Shown: positions 19,301-28,941, numbered from the stretch's first letter. The stretch is DNA of 64,000 bases from an uncultured Deferribacteres bacterium (GCA_964014485.1 CAXHAT010000005.1:23226-87225), one strand, 5' to 3'. Notes: generated by a model not told the origin, from the letters alone. Numbers and translations: made by a program.

Positions 19301-19722
19301 GCGGCGACGTTTACTCCAACACGATTCAGTGGGGTAACCGCGACAATCAGTACGGCGAAACCGATCAAGCAGGCAAGCCTGAAGGTATGAAGAAGCCTAT
19401 CCTTTATTACCAGATTCTTTATGATGTAAACGCTGGCAACAGCCACTACATCGAAAGCGGCGAATATCTCAAGCTCCGCGAGTTGTCTCTGCGGTATAAA
19501 TTCAATCGCAAGCAGCTTTCTGGTCTTTTCGGCGGCTTGTTCCAGAGCCTGACGTTCGGCGTCGTTGGCCGCAACCTGTTGACTTGGTCTGACTTCAGAG
19601 GCTATGATCCTGAAGTTGGGCTTAGCGGCGGTTCCATCGGCAGCGCTGTTGTTGGTCGCGTCGATGCGTTCGGTTATCCGAACTTCAGAACCTTCTCAGG
19701 CCTGTTGGAATTCGAGTTTTAG
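16393..19722 (+). CDS. susC: SusC/RagA-family TonB-dependent receptor
   Basis: GGAGG SD; CarboxypepD_reg-like N-domain, PLYIVDGV, DIESMEVVKGAAGASLYGSRAANGVVVINTK plug, RRDGSSLFG, GYDPE, terminal F. Confidence 0.97.
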   Translation: MFKKFFSISLASLLVLFASVAFAQDATVAGTVNDEAGEALVGANVFLEGTNLGAATDENGSYRFVVAASYVRGQEVKITARFIGYRHKTERVTLNPGNINLDFALAEDVLKMDAIVVTGVVDETPKTKLAFSVASVDQEALEHAPAGSPEAALRGKVAGVKVVRGSGQPGSEASVLLRAPIMINASGRSQDPLYIVDGVIIDPSVSGSPLSDIPTEDIESMEVVKGAAGASLYGSRAANGVVVINTKRGNKLGVGQTKVHVRNEFGFNSLAKQLDLNGSHAFLTASTSYTDAFGRSVTPGDFVDGEGNWVDPRSTSGRLTDNVAWSNDIFFADKPFKWVGTGTNGPGDVFGVVSGDSIAPTLLTEPLDALGRFFDPSDFISNTVSISRNMEKTNFLVSFGNNTESGVIDGIDGFNRKTARINLDHKFGNDLTVGVSTLISQSERDVAGNDNNDGFSGGGANPFFALTFMSPEVDLSLRDERGFYIVAPNPVALEDNPLISLLEYDRLDSRKRILGSITSRWAPTNSFNLEGAFSYDRSDRTGFNFQPKGIPTEGQPGGIPGRMLKGGAIDEALNGSVTAQFSRAFNDLTVRTKAQGLFERTTRESFFGEGEIFATGGIRNIGSTQVQDAGSGESDIRSTGYSLISAFDYKDRYIVDFLVRRDGSSLFGSDERWATYYRASGAYRLSQESWWFLPAFEEFKIRGSYGTAGGRPNFSARFETWSVTGSGQVVKGNLGNKELKPEFSKELELGVDFTFLNRFSVEASYVDVQTEDQLLFAPLPGYAGYNARWINGGTLDSKIWEASLNASLKQTRDFSWTAGFNFDRTRSTLSQIDVPAYSVSYFRIVEGDAFGTFYGDKWVTDVSELNPGLPADEFQVNDDGYLVWVGSGNTYTDGISNELWGTSADFTDSNGNTRNYRWGIPIKAQTLNEDGTINENHPIGDSTPDFNLSFTNTLRWKGLTFYGLLDAQIGGDVYSNTIQWGNRDNQYGETDQAGKPEGMKKPILYYQILYDVNAGNSHYIESGEYLKLRELSLRYKFNRKQLSGLFGGLFQSLTFGVVGRNLLTWSDFRGYDPEVGLSGGSIGSAVVGRVDAFGYPNFRTFSGLLEFEF

Positions 19723-19753
19723 TCACGCTTTTTGAAAAGCATTCGAATCTTTT

Positions 19754-19785
19754 GCACGCGTAAACTTCATAAAGCTTACGCGTGC
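19754..19785 (+). other. Intercistronic hairpin between susC and susD
   Basis: GCACGCGTAA...TTACGCGTGC. Confidence 0.6.
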
Positions 19786-19858
19786 GATTTCGGTTCGTAA
19801 TATGAGCGAAGAGTCGATGAGATTTTTCGTCTTGGAATTTCAGTGGAGGAATTAAAAT

Positions 19859-21457
19859 ATGAAAAACAAGATTTTTAAAATCACCGTTCTTAGCCTTTTG
19901 CTAGCCTTTGCGGGCATGGCGACTTATGGCTGTCAGGAACTGGAAACCGTCAACGTCAACAGTCCGGATGAGGCGCGTGCGCTTCAAAATCCGGAGGATG
20001 TTGAAGCTTTGATCGCCGGCGCCTATTTTAGCTGGTTTACGGCCGTTTTTAACGGCAATCCGATTGAGTCTTTGGAAACGTCCGCGGACGTTCTTTCATA
20101 CTCTTGGGGTAACTTTGGCTCACGTGAGCTTTCGTCCGAGCCGAGGGCGGCGATTCCAAATCAAACAAGCTGGCGTTATCGCGCTTTCGTAAACACGCCT
20201 TGGTTTGGTCTGTATGGCGCCATTTCTTCCGCAAACGATGGTCTCCGTGCAATTGACGGCGGCCTTGAGATTGAAGAACTGGCTCGTGCACGTGCATTTG
20301 CCAAGTTCAATCAGGGAATTTCCCATGCGATGTTGGCAATACTTTTTGACCAGGCCTTCATCTTTGATGAAACGATTGATCTTGAAACCGCTGACCTTCA
20401 GCTTTCGGATTACAACGCAGTTTTCGCTGCGGCCAAAACTCAGTTGGAAGAAGCGATTTCGATAATGGAAAGCAATAGCTTTACCCTGCCTGGAACATGG
20501 ATTATCGGGACGTCTTACTCAAGCGCTGAGCTTGCGCAACTGACGCACACCTTGTTGGCAAAATTCATGACGATGGTTCCGAGGGATGCGGCTGCACGCT
20601 CCGCGGTCAATTGGAACGAAGTGCTTTCTCATATCGATCGCGGGATCACCGAAGATTTTGTTATGATCGATCAGGAAGCGGAATGGTGGAATTCGTTGCC
20701 TTGGTACCACTCGAGAGCGTCAAGCACGACTTGGGGACGCGGCGACTACAAAATGATTGGCCCGTCTGACCGCTCCAGCGGCTACCAGGACTGGTTGAGC
20801 ACGCCAACTTCCGCACGAGATGATTTCGAAATGGACACGGCTGACTTGCGCATCTGGGATCAAACCCGCGACGACAGCGGTAATCAGAACCCTGGCTTGT
20901 ACTATGATAACAGAGGCGCAGCGCGCTTCCCGCCGGATCGCGGCACCTACCATCACTCAATGTACTCCAACCACCGCTGGCCGGATTATCAGGCAAGCAG
21001 CGGCAACGGCCCAATGACGATCATTTTGGCCGTTGAAATGGATTTCTTGCGCGCCGAAGCTCTGTTACACACGGGCGGCAGCTTGCAGGAAGTTGTTGAT
21101 ATTATCAACGCAACGCGCGTTGTCAACGGCGGCCTCGAAGCGGCTGACGTATCTGACGGCGCCGGCAGCATGAGCGATACCCGTGCAGCTTTGAAGCCTG
21201 CTTCCTTGTGGGGCATGCTGAAGTATGAAAAAGCCATCGAAACGACTTTGACTTTCGTCGCTACGCAATTCTGCGACGCCAGAGGTTGGGGCGACCTGAC
21301 CGGCGGCACCTTCACGCAGCTTCCGATTCCTGCACAGGAATTGGAAACCTTGCAGCTCGCGACCTATACTTTTGGCGGCAGCGGCCCTGGCTCTGCACCA
21401 AAACAACATAAAGACAGAGTCAGATTGCATAGCTCAGAAGCTTCAGGCGTTCACTAA
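19859..21457 (+). CDS. susD: SusD/RagB-family lipoprotein
   Basis: TYGC lipobox; EMDFLRAEALL, IINATR, LPIPAQE motifs; directly follows susC. Confidence 0.9.
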   Translation: MKNKIFKITVLSLLLAFAGMATYGCQELETVNVNSPDEARALQNPEDVEALIAGAYFSWFTAVFNGNPIESLETSADVLSYSWGNFGSRELSSEPRAAIPNQTSWRYRAFVNTPWFGLYGAISSANDGLRAIDGGLEIEELARARAFAKFNQGISHAMLAILFDQAFIFDETIDLETADLQLSDYNAVFAAAKTQLEEAISIMESNSFTLPGTWIIGTSYSSAELAQLTHTLLAKFMTMVPRDAAARSAVNWNEVLSHIDRGITEDFVMIDQEAEWWNSLPWYHSRASSTTWGRGDYKMIGPSDRSSGYQDWLSTPTSARDDFEMDTADLRIWDQTRDDSGNQNPGLYYDNRGAARFPPDRGTYHHSMYSNHRWPDYQASSGNGPMTIILAVEMDFLRAEALLHTGGSLQEVVDIINATRVVNGGLEAADVSDGAGSMSDTRAALKPASLWGMLKYEKAIETTLTFVATQFCDARGWGDLTGGTFTQLPIPAQELETLQLATYTFGGSGPGSAPKQHKDRVRLHSSEASGVH

Positions 21458-21491
21458 TCCGCGTTTGACTTTCTGACAAATCTTTCTTAGT

Positions 21492-21530
21492 AAAGGCTGT
21501 CTCAATTTTTTGAGACAGCCTTTGTTTTTT
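21492..21530 (+). terminator. Rho-independent terminator after susD
   Basis: AAAGGCTGTCTCAA-TTTT-TTGAGACAGCCTTT followed by a T-tract. Confidence 0.85.
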
Positions 21531-21547
21531 GTACTGTCTGATTTACA

Positions 21548-21755
21548 CCTGTTACTTTCTGTCCAGACTTTTGAAACTGGTGAAAAAGTCCGGAATTGTC
21601 ATGCTGGAAGCATCTTTTTTGATCTAACCCTTGAACCTTGAGGCGAATTCTCGCCGGACGATTACAAAGATTTTGCTTCGCCGGCCTTCGGCTCTTCAGA
21701 ATGACAAACCGGGACTTCTCTTCGGTTAAAACAGTAGTTCACAAAAAGTGTCAGG
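21548..21755. mobile_element. MITE-like element (CCTGACAC-type ends, left end degenerate) carrying a family-B repeat
   Basis: Homologous throughout to 27464-27653; right end AAAAAGTGTCAGG-TA. Confidence 0.7.
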
Positions 21756-21792
21756 TAATGAACTGTCCGAGAATTTTTGTGAACTATTTCAT

Positions 21793-23031
21793 ATGCGCCG
21801 AAGTGATTTTTTGCGCTTGTCGCTCATTGGGGCCATTGCCGGAATGCTCAATTTTTCCTTGTCGGCTTGCTTTCAGCCTTCGGAAGAACAGAAGAACGAA
21901 AACACCGATCTGGACGCTTCCGAATGGCTTGGCGAAGCAGTTTACGTTGGCCCGGAAACTTGCGGCGAGTGTCATGCTGGACGGCTTGAAAAGATCAAGA
22001 ACACTGCCCATTTTTTGACTGCGAGCGTCCCGACACAGGAAGCGTTCTCTAACAAACTGCCGGCTGAAAAAACAACCATCCAAACCCGCAACCCCAACTT
22101 GCATTTTGAGGTCAGTTCCAGTGACAGCGGCGTCTTTCAGGAAGCCTTCCTCAAACGAAGCGGCGGCATAGCAAGGCGGACTGAACGCATCGATTTTGTG
22201 ATCGGGTCGGGAAAACTTGGACAATCCTACTTGTACTGGCGCGGCAATGCACTCTTTCAATTGCCGATCTCTCACTTGACCGCAACGAACGAATGGGGTA
22301 ACAGCCCTGGCTATCCCGACGGGATCGCCGACTTTAATAGAAAAATTTTACCCCGCTGCCTGGAATGCCACGCCACATTTTTCGAAGCTGAATCGCACGG
22401 CAGCAATCTATACCATAAAGAAAATTATATACTTGGCGTTACCTGTGAACGTTGTCACGGCCCCGGATCGGAACATGTCGAATTTCACCGCGACAACCCG
22501 GACTATGAACAAGCTGCCTATATTCAATATCCTGGAGAATTTGACCGCGACCGCTTGATCGATCTTTGCTCGCAATGCCACGCCGGACAAGGCGTCGGGA
22601 TGATGAAACCGCCTTTTTCATACCGCCCGGGAGATGATCTAAAGGAACACATCATCTTGAAGGCTCTCAAAGCGCAGAGCCAAACGGGCGTTCATGCTGC
22701 GAATCAAGTCGCCAGGCTTAGTGAGTCAAAATGCTTTCAAGAAAGCGAGAGTTTGACCTGCATTTCCTGCCATAATCCCCATCAATTGGAGCGCGGCAAA
22801 CTAGAGCTTTTTTCGCAACGATGCCAGAAATGTCACGAACCGCAGATTTGCGGCATGTCGCCGAAACTGGGCGCAAGTATCGAATCCAATTGCATTGATT
22901 GCCACATGCCGCGCGCTAAAGATTTGAACATTGATATCCAAACTGTTAGCGGTTTTGAGTTTCCGATTATGCGAGATCACGTCATCGGCATTTATCCTGA
23001 AATCACGCAGCGTTTTCTCACGCGAAACTAA
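21793..23031 (+). CDS. Multiheme c-type cytochrome lipoprotein (7 CxxCH)
   Basis: CGECH, CLECH, CERCH, CSQCH, CISCH, CQKCH, CIDCH; IGSGKLGQSYL; LSAC lipobox; start moved out of the repeat. Confidence 0.9.
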   Translation: MRRSDFLRLSLIGAIAGMLNFSLSACFQPSEEQKNENTDLDASEWLGEAVYVGPETCGECHAGRLEKIKNTAHFLTASVPTQEAFSNKLPAEKTTIQTRNPNLHFEVSSSDSGVFQEAFLKRSGGIARRTERIDFVIGSGKLGQSYLYWRGNALFQLPISHLTATNEWGNSPGYPDGIADFNRKILPRCLECHATFFEAESHGSNLYHKENYILGVTCERCHGPGSEHVEFHRDNPDYEQAAYIQYPGEFDRDRLIDLCSQCHAGQGVGMMKPPFSYRPGDDLKEHIILKALKAQSQTGVHAANQVARLSESKCFQESESLTCISCHNPHQLERGKLELFSQRCQKCHEPQICGMSPKLGASIESNCIDCHMPRAKDLNIDIQTVSGFEFPIMRDHVIGIYPEITQRFLTRN

Positions 23032-23032
23032 A

Positions 23033-23192
23033 ATTTCACCCCTTTCGGGGTTTTGTAAAATATTGTTTTAACGCTTTATCTATAATCTTTTCACCCCTCC
23101 GGGGTTGGTAAGAACAACAAATCCCGAAGGGATGGTAAGATTATAGAAATTAGAGAATGCGCCCATCTCCACAACCCCGAAGGGGGTGATAT
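23033..23192. repeat. Nested REP-like inverted repeats (family C) upstream of tnpA
   Basis: Two TTTCACCCCT(T/C)CGGGGTT units facing two A(A/T)CCCGAAGGG units; inner pair TCTATAATCTT/AAGATTATAGA. Confidence 0.85.
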
Positions 23193-23208
23193 AAACTCAA
23201 GGAATCAA

Positions 23209-23670
23209 ATGGCGGGAACATTTTCACAAATTTACATTCAGTCCGTTTTTGCGGTAAAAGGGAGACAAAACCTATTACAGAAGCCGTGGCGCAAAGAGGT
23301 TTTTAAATACATGTCCGGCATTATAAAAAATAAAGGTCAGAAACCGATTATTGTCAATGGAGTCGAAGACCATGTGCATGTTTTCATCGGCCTAAAGCCT
23401 TCGGCTTCCATTTCCAGCCTTGTACGCGACATAAAGAACAACACAAGTAAATTCATCAATGAGCAAAATTGGCTTGGCGGCAAATTCGCATGGCAAGAAG
23501 GATATGGGGCGTTTTCTTATTCGCATTCCCAAATCGACGCTGTCTACAAATATATTCTTAACCAGGAAGAGCATCATCGGAGAAAAAGTTTCCGAGAAGA
23601 GTATCTGAGCTTTCTCAAAAAATTCCAGATTTCCTATGATGAACAATTCTTGTTTGACTGGCTGGATTGA
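23209..23670 (+). mobile_element. tnpA: IS200/IS605-family Y1 HUH transposase (RAYT-like), no tnpB
   Basis: DHVHV HUH motif, WQEGYGAFS, catalytic YILNQ. Confidence 0.92.
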
Positions 23671-26600
23671 TAAAGATGAGAGGAATTGATTTTCTTAAAA
23701 TTGTTGATTGCTGCCAAGTTCGGTGTTCCATTACTGTCCTGGGTGTTTTTTGTCTTTTTTATTCTTGCACCCAAACCGAACTTAAATGGCGCCAAGAAGC
23801 CGGTTATCGTTGGGCGGAGTTGAACTTTTCCCGTTTCGGCGCTCCCGGTTTTGCCAGATTGCCCGGGGAAGAAACAGGAATAACCAAGATAAATAGCCTG
23901 ACAAAAGAACAAATTGCCGCCAATCGCCATCTGCTGAACGGTTCCGGCGTCACAATCGGCGACGTGGACGGAGACGGATTAGCTGACATTTATTTGTGTC
24001 AATTAGACGGAGCAAACGCGCTTTACAAAAACCTCGGGAACTGGAAATTCCAAAATATTACTGAAGCGGCTGGCGTCGCGTGCCAAAATCAATTTTCCAC
24101 GGGTGCTGTATTCGCCGACATCGATGCGGACGGCGATCTCGATTTGCTTGTTACTGCGATTGGCGGGCCAAACGCTTGTTTTTTGAACGACGGAACCGGA
24201 AAGTTCACGGATTTCACGAAGGAATCGGGTATTGAATCCCAAACCGGCGCTATGTCGCTTTCTTTGGCAGATACGGAGGGGGACGGCGATTTAGATTTGT
24301 ACGTCATCAACAATAAGAAGCATACGATTAAAGACCTTTATCCGGCGGCGCGACGGACAATCGACAGAACCGTGAAAAAAGTCGGTGACAAGTACGAGGT
24401 CTTACCGGAATTCGCCGAACACTATTCAATCGAAATCCAGAGAGGCATGATGTTGCGTCGGCTTGAAACTGCTGAGGCGGACATATATTTGTTGAACGAC
24501 GGTACGGGCCGGTTCACAAAAGTCCCTTTGGCGAGCGGCGCTTTTATCGATGAAGACGGACGAGTTGCACCGGAATATAAAGATTGGGGCTTGTCGGCAA
24601 GATTTCAAGATATGGACAACGACGGCGACCCCGATTTATACCTGTGCAACGATTTCGAAAGCCCGGATCGCGTCTGGATCAATGACGGCAAAGGCAATTT
24701 TCGCGCGATTGACAAGCTGGCCTTGCGCAGCGTCAGCGCCTCGTCGATGAGCGTGGATTTTTCAGACGTCAATCGTGACGGGCATATCGATTTTTTCCTG
24801 ACGGAGATGCTGAGTCGTCGCCATGACCGGCGCAAACGCCAGCAAGGCCCGGTGACGCCGGAGTTGAAAACCATCGGAAAATATGACGACCGGCCGCAAT
24901 ACATGCGCAACTCGTTGTTTTTGAATCGTGGAGATAACACCTACGCCGAGATTGGCCAGTTTGCCGGAATCGACGCTTCCGAATGGTCATGGTCGCCGCT
25001 TTTCATGGATGTTGATCTGGACGGTTATGAAGATTTGTTGATCGTCACCGGCCATTATTACGACGGGATGGATTCGGATACGCGCGCCAAATTATCAACG
25101 GCTTTGTCTCGGCAAATGAAGCGCACCGAGAGCGAGATTTTCCGCTACCCGCGCCTTGAAACGCAGAATTTTGTATTCAGGAATCGTTGGGATTTGCATT
25201 TTGAAGATATGAGTAAAAATTGGGGCTTCAACGCAATCGATATTTCGCACGGCATGGCGATGGGCGATCTTGACAACGATGGAGATTTAGACGTCGTTTA
25301 CAATAGTCTGGAATCGCCGCCCGGCATTTACCGCAACAATGCTCCGGGAGATCGGATCGCGGTGCGTCTAAAAGGGCTGCCCGGAAATTCGCAAGCAATC
25401 GGCGCGAAAATTCGAGTGATCGGCGGGCCGGTCGACCAGAGCAAGGAAGTCGTTTGCGGTGGAACTTATCTGTCAGGTTCTGACCAAATCTATACCTTCG
25501 CGGCAAAAGAGGCGGGACAAGGATTGGCGATTGAGGTCGAGTGGCGCTCAGGCCAAATCACCCGTATTGAAAATGTTGTACGAAATCGGGTTTATGAGAT
25601 CGATGAGCCAGTGGGAGGCGGAAGTGAGAAAGCAAAGCTGGCGGAATCGCAAACGCAGCCTTTTTTTGAAGATGTGAGCGACGACTTTGGGTATGTTCAT
25701 TACGAAACGCCTTTCGACGACTTCCAACGCCAGCCGCTCTTGCCCAACCAATTGAGTCAATCGGGGCCCGCCGTTCTTTCAGCGGATTTTGACCGAGATC
25801 GCGACGATGATTTTTTTATTTCAACAGGCAGGGGCGGGAGACCGGCGGTTTTCAAAAATCAAGGGAACGGAAGTTTTTCTTTGATGGACGAAGATTGGCT
25901 GCGTATGCCTGCTGATTTGGACCAAGTCGCAGCCATTGGATGGCCTGAAGGCGAAGGCGTTTTTCGGCTTTTGATCGCCTATTCGAATTACGAAGACGAG
26001 ACAAAAGAATCGCGCGTCGAGGAAATTGTTTTCAAAAATGGGCGGAGCGTTTCATCGAAAACGGTTGTTACCTGCAAGCCTGCGATTGGCGCGCTTGCAG
26101 CGGCGGACTACGACCGTGACGGCGATCTCGATCTTTTCGTTGCCGGACGCGTGGCCCCGGGAAGATATCCTCAGCCTGTCTCGTCTTTTCTTTTTCGTAA
26201 TGACGACGGCGAGTTTACGCTGGATGAACGAAATTCCGAGCAATTTGCCAAGATCGGCTTGACCTCCGGCGCCGTTTTTAGCGATCTGGACGGCGACGGC
26301 GATTCCGATCTTTTGCTCGCTGTGGAGTGGGGGGCGATTAATGTTTTTAAAAACAACGACGGCTCGTTTGAAAATGCGACCCAAGCTTTTGGCTTTGATG
26401 AATTTACGGGATGGTGGAACGGCGTAGCGACCGGCGATTTGAACGGCGATGGCAAGCCTGATATTGTCGCGACGAATTGGGGACTAAATACGAAATTTCG
26501 TGCATCGAAAGAGCGCCCGCTGCGCGTTTATTACAACGATTTTGACCGCAACGGCACGGTTGACGTTATTCAAGCCTACTTCGATGAAACGTTACAAAAA

Positions 26601-27395
26601 ATCGTCCCTGAGACAAGCTTGGCGCTGATTGGCCCGGCGATGCCGTTTGTCCTTTCGCAAATAAGATCGTTCGAGCAATTCGGCTCGGCGGGAATCGATG
26701 ACGTTCTTGGCGGGCGTGCAAACCGGGCAAAAGTATTGTCGGCGAATACGCTGGAAAATATGGTTTTTCTGAATGAAGGCGACCACTTCCAACCCTTGCC
26801 CATGCCTGCGGAAGCGCAATTCTCCCCCGCCTTTTTTGCAGGCGTCGCCGATTTTGACAACGATGGTTTTGAAGATGTTTTTTTGAGCCAGAATTTTTTC
26901 GCGACCAATATCGAAACCGCGCGCAGCGACGGCGGTCGCGGGTTGTGGTTGAAGGGCGACGGCACCGGAAATCTCACCGCTGTGCCAGGGCAAGAGTCGG
27001 GGGTTAAAGTTTACGGCGAACAACGCGGAGCCGCGCTGGCGGACTTTGATGGGGACAATCGCACAGATTTGATTGTTTCGCAAAACGGAGCGAATACGAA
27101 ATTTTTCAAAAATACAGGCGCGAAGAAAGGCGTACGCGTTCGTTTGGTCGGCGCTCCAAGTAATCCTGGGGCCGTCGGCGCAGCAGTTCGATTGGTTTTT
27201 GGTGATGAATTTGGGCCTGTTCGCGAAATTCAAGCGGGATCGGGCTACGCCGCTCAAAACAGTGCTGCGCTGCCTTTTGGCAAGACGGGAGTGCCGACCG
27301 GCGTTTGGGTGCGGTGGCCTGACGGTTCGGAAACGAGAACCGAGATAGAAACGCTTGTTGGTGAAGTTGTGATAAAATATGCTCACAATCGCTGA
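23667..27395 (+). CDS. Long FG-GAP/VCBS beta-propeller lipoprotein with two ASPIC-UnbV domains
   Basis: Many DxDGDGxxD repeats; AIGAKIRV...GGTYLSG and AVGAAVRL...GSGYAAQN; FYSC lipobox. Confidence 0.92.
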   Translation: MIKMRGIDFLKIVDCCQVRCSITVLGVFCLFYSCTQTELKWRQEAGYRWAELNFSRFGAPGFARLPGEETGITKINSLTKEQIAANRHLLNGSGVTIGDVDGDGLADIYLCQLDGANALYKNLGNWKFQNITEAAGVACQNQFSTGAVFADIDADGDLDLLVTAIGGPNACFLNDGTGKFTDFTKESGIESQTGAMSLSLADTEGDGDLDLYVINNKKHTIKDLYPAARRTIDRTVKKVGDKYEVLPEFAEHYSIEIQRGMMLRRLETAEADIYLLNDGTGRFTKVPLASGAFIDEDGRVAPEYKDWGLSARFQDMDNDGDPDLYLCNDFESPDRVWINDGKGNFRAIDKLALRSVSASSMSVDFSDVNRDGHIDFFLTEMLSRRHDRRKRQQGPVTPELKTIGKYDDRPQYMRNSLFLNRGDNTYAEIGQFAGIDASEWSWSPLFMDVDLDGYEDLLIVTGHYYDGMDSDTRAKLSTALSRQMKRTESEIFRYPRLETQNFVFRNRWDLHFEDMSKNWGFNAIDISHGMAMGDLDNDGDLDVVYNSLESPPGIYRNNAPGDRIAVRLKGLPGNSQAIGAKIRVIGGPVDQSKEVVCGGTYLSGSDQIYTFAAKEAGQGLAIEVEWRSGQITRIENVVRNRVYEIDEPVGGGSEKAKLAESQTQPFFEDVSDDFGYVHYETPFDDFQRQPLLPNQLSQSGPAVLSADFDRDRDDDFFISTGRGGRPAVFKNQGNGSFSLMDEDWLRMPADLDQVAAIGWPEGEGVFRLLIAYSNYEDETKESRVEEIVFKNGRSVSSKTVVTCKPAIGALAAADYDRDGDLDLFVAGRVAPGRYPQPVSSFLFRNDDGEFTLDERNSEQFAKIGLTSGAVFSDLDGDGDSDLLLAVEWGAINVFKNNDGSFENATQAFGFDEFTGWWNGVATGDLNGDGKPDIVATNWGLNTKFRASKERPLRVYYNDFDRNGTVDVIQAYFDETLQKIVPETSLALIGPAMPFVLSQIRSFEQFGSAGIDDVLGGRANRAKVLSANTLENMVFLNEGDHFQPLPMPAEAQFSPAFFAGVADFDNDGFEDVFLSQNFFATNIETARSDGGRGLWLKGDGTGNLTAVPGQESGVKVYGEQRGAALADFDGDNRTDLIVSQNGANTKFFKNTGAKKGVRVRLVGAPSNPGAVGAAVRLVFGDEFGPVREIQAGSGYAAQNSAALPFGKTGVPTGVWVRWPDGSETRTEIETLVGEVVIKYAHNR

Positions 27396-27463
27396 CTTGA
27401 AGAATAAAAAGGAAGGCTAAAAAAGCCTTGTGAATTCGCTTTTCTCAAATATATTTTTCACTA

Positions 27464-27653
27464 TCTGACACTTTTTTATAGGCTTCTAAAGCTAGCGAAA
27501 AAAGCCGGAATTGTCATGCTGGAAGCATCTTTTTTTATCCGACCCTTGAACTTTTGAGCATGATCTGTACTGGGCGATAACAAAGATTCTTTCAGAATGA
27601 CAAAACGGGGCCTTTCGACGGCTCGAAAATGCAGTTTACAAAAAAGTGTCAGG
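27464..27653. mobile_element. MITE-like element with TA-flanked TIRs (IS630-like) carrying a family-B repeat
   Basis: TA-TCTGACACTTTTT ... AAAAAGTGTCAGG-TA. Confidence 0.72.
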
Positions 27654-27783
27654 TAAAGAGATATATTTTATTGTTTTCAAAGGAACAAACTCCCCCGATT
27701 TGAGTGTAATGTCGGTCGGTTAAAATCCGGGACTTTAGAATATTAAAAATACTTTGTTTAGAAGAAATTGTGAGGAAACTGCT

Positions 27784-27963
27784 ATGAAAAGAATCTTGAA
27801 TTTTTTGAGAGTTAAGCTGCCGGCTCTTTTGCTCGTTTTTCTTTTGGGCATTCCGGTTTTGACAACGCTGACAGCCTGCGGAGACGAACCGATTAACGGC
27901 CCAAGACTCGAAGAGGACGTTCCTGATCCCAATGACAGGGAAGGCGGTTCCGAGAGCGATTGA
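27784..27963 (+). CDS. Small acidic lipopeptide (59 aa)
   Basis: GAGGA SD; basic n-region, hydrophobic h-region, LTAC lipobox; own terminator. Confidence 0.75.
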   Translation: MKRILNFLRVKLPALLLVFLLGIPVLTTLTACGDEPINGPRLEEDVPDPNDREGGSESD

Positions 27964-27986
27964 AAAATTTCTAAACCTGCTGAGAG

Positions 27987-28023
27987 AAAAGCCCTTCAGT
28001 TCATAATTCTGAAGGGCTTTTTT
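27987..28023 (+). terminator. Rho-independent terminator
   Basis: AAAAGCCCTTCAG...CTGAAGGGCTTTTTT. Confidence 0.85.
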
Positions 28024-28188
28024 AGTGTAAGCGTTGGTTGTGCGAGTATTGCCCCTGTCTGTTGATGTTTGTAATTTTTTAAATATGATGGTTTGAACAG
28101 CCGCTCCAAAACTATGGGCTGAGAGCAAAATCGTTCAGCATTGATTTTTGAGTTAATACTTGGGAAAATTCATGTTCGTGGAGGATGA

Positions 28189-28941
28189 GTGTTGTTTCGA
28201 AAATATGTGATATTTTTATGCGTCTGCCTAAGCGGATGCCAGGCAAATCAAGAAGAAAAACCCGTGTTGGAGACGCGCGATCAAAAGTACAGCTACGGCC
28301 TTGGCGTTGAGATGGGAGAAGGGCTGCGTTTGCTGCAAGTCGAATTTCCCGATCTTGACCCGGAGCTTGTTGCCAGAGGGTTGCGAGATGCGCTGGAGAG
28401 AAGAGAGCTTCTCGCAAGTCAAACCGAATTGAAAAAGGCCAAGCTTTTTACGGAAGACATGCTCATGGAAAAGCGGGTGCAGACCCATATCAAAAATGAT
28501 CCTGAGTTTGAGGCGCTGCTGCAAAAGAACAAGGAAGAAAGCGAGGCTTTTCTTGGAAAGAACCGCACTCGGGAAGGCGTTGTTGTGACGGCGAGCGGCG
28601 TGCAGTACGAAATAATTCGTGCGGGCGAGGGCAAAAGCCCGAAGGCGAAGGACGAAGTATTGATGCATCTTCGCGGAACGCTGATCGACGGTACGGAATT
28701 CGATAATTCGCGAAAGGCTTTCGGTACGCCGGTGAAATACCGGGTTCAGCATTTGATTCGCGGATTTAGCGAAGTAATCCAACTGATGCAGGAAGGCGCG
28801 AAGTGGAAGCTCTATATTCCTTCTGATCTGGCCTACGGAAAAGGCGGTCGCGAGCCAAACATTGGACCCAACATGGCGCTTGTTTTTGAAGTGGAAGTGG
28901 TCGAAGTTATTCCGAACCAATACGAATATAAGAGAAAATAA
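28189..28941 (+). CDS. FKBP-type peptidyl-prolyl isomerase (FkpA/Mip-like) lipoprotein
   Basis: SYGLG FKBP_N, TASGVQYE, GTLIDGTEFDNS, IPSDLAYG, LVFEVE; LSGC. Confidence 0.93.
   Translation: MLFRKYVIFLCVCLSGCQANQEEKPVLETRDQKYSYGLGVEMGEGLRLLQVEFPDLDPELVARGLRDALERRELLASQTELKKAKLFTEDMLMEKRVQTHIKNDPEFEALLQKNKEESEAFLGKNRTREGVVVTASGVQYEIIRAGEGKSPKAKDEVLMHLRGTLIDGTEFDNSRKAFGTPVKYRVQHLIRGFSEVIQLMQEGAKWKLYIPSDLAYGKGGREPNIGPNMALVFEVEVVEVIPNQYEYKRK

Noticed and set aside
21748..21792. Longer cytochrome start and a Tat signal
   Set aside because: The GTG lies in the MITE end; RRSDFL has wrong spacing for RRxFL, and heme c proteins are normally Sec-exported
23033..23192. CRISPR array
   Set aside because: Units are inverted, degenerate and irregularly spaced; no cas genes
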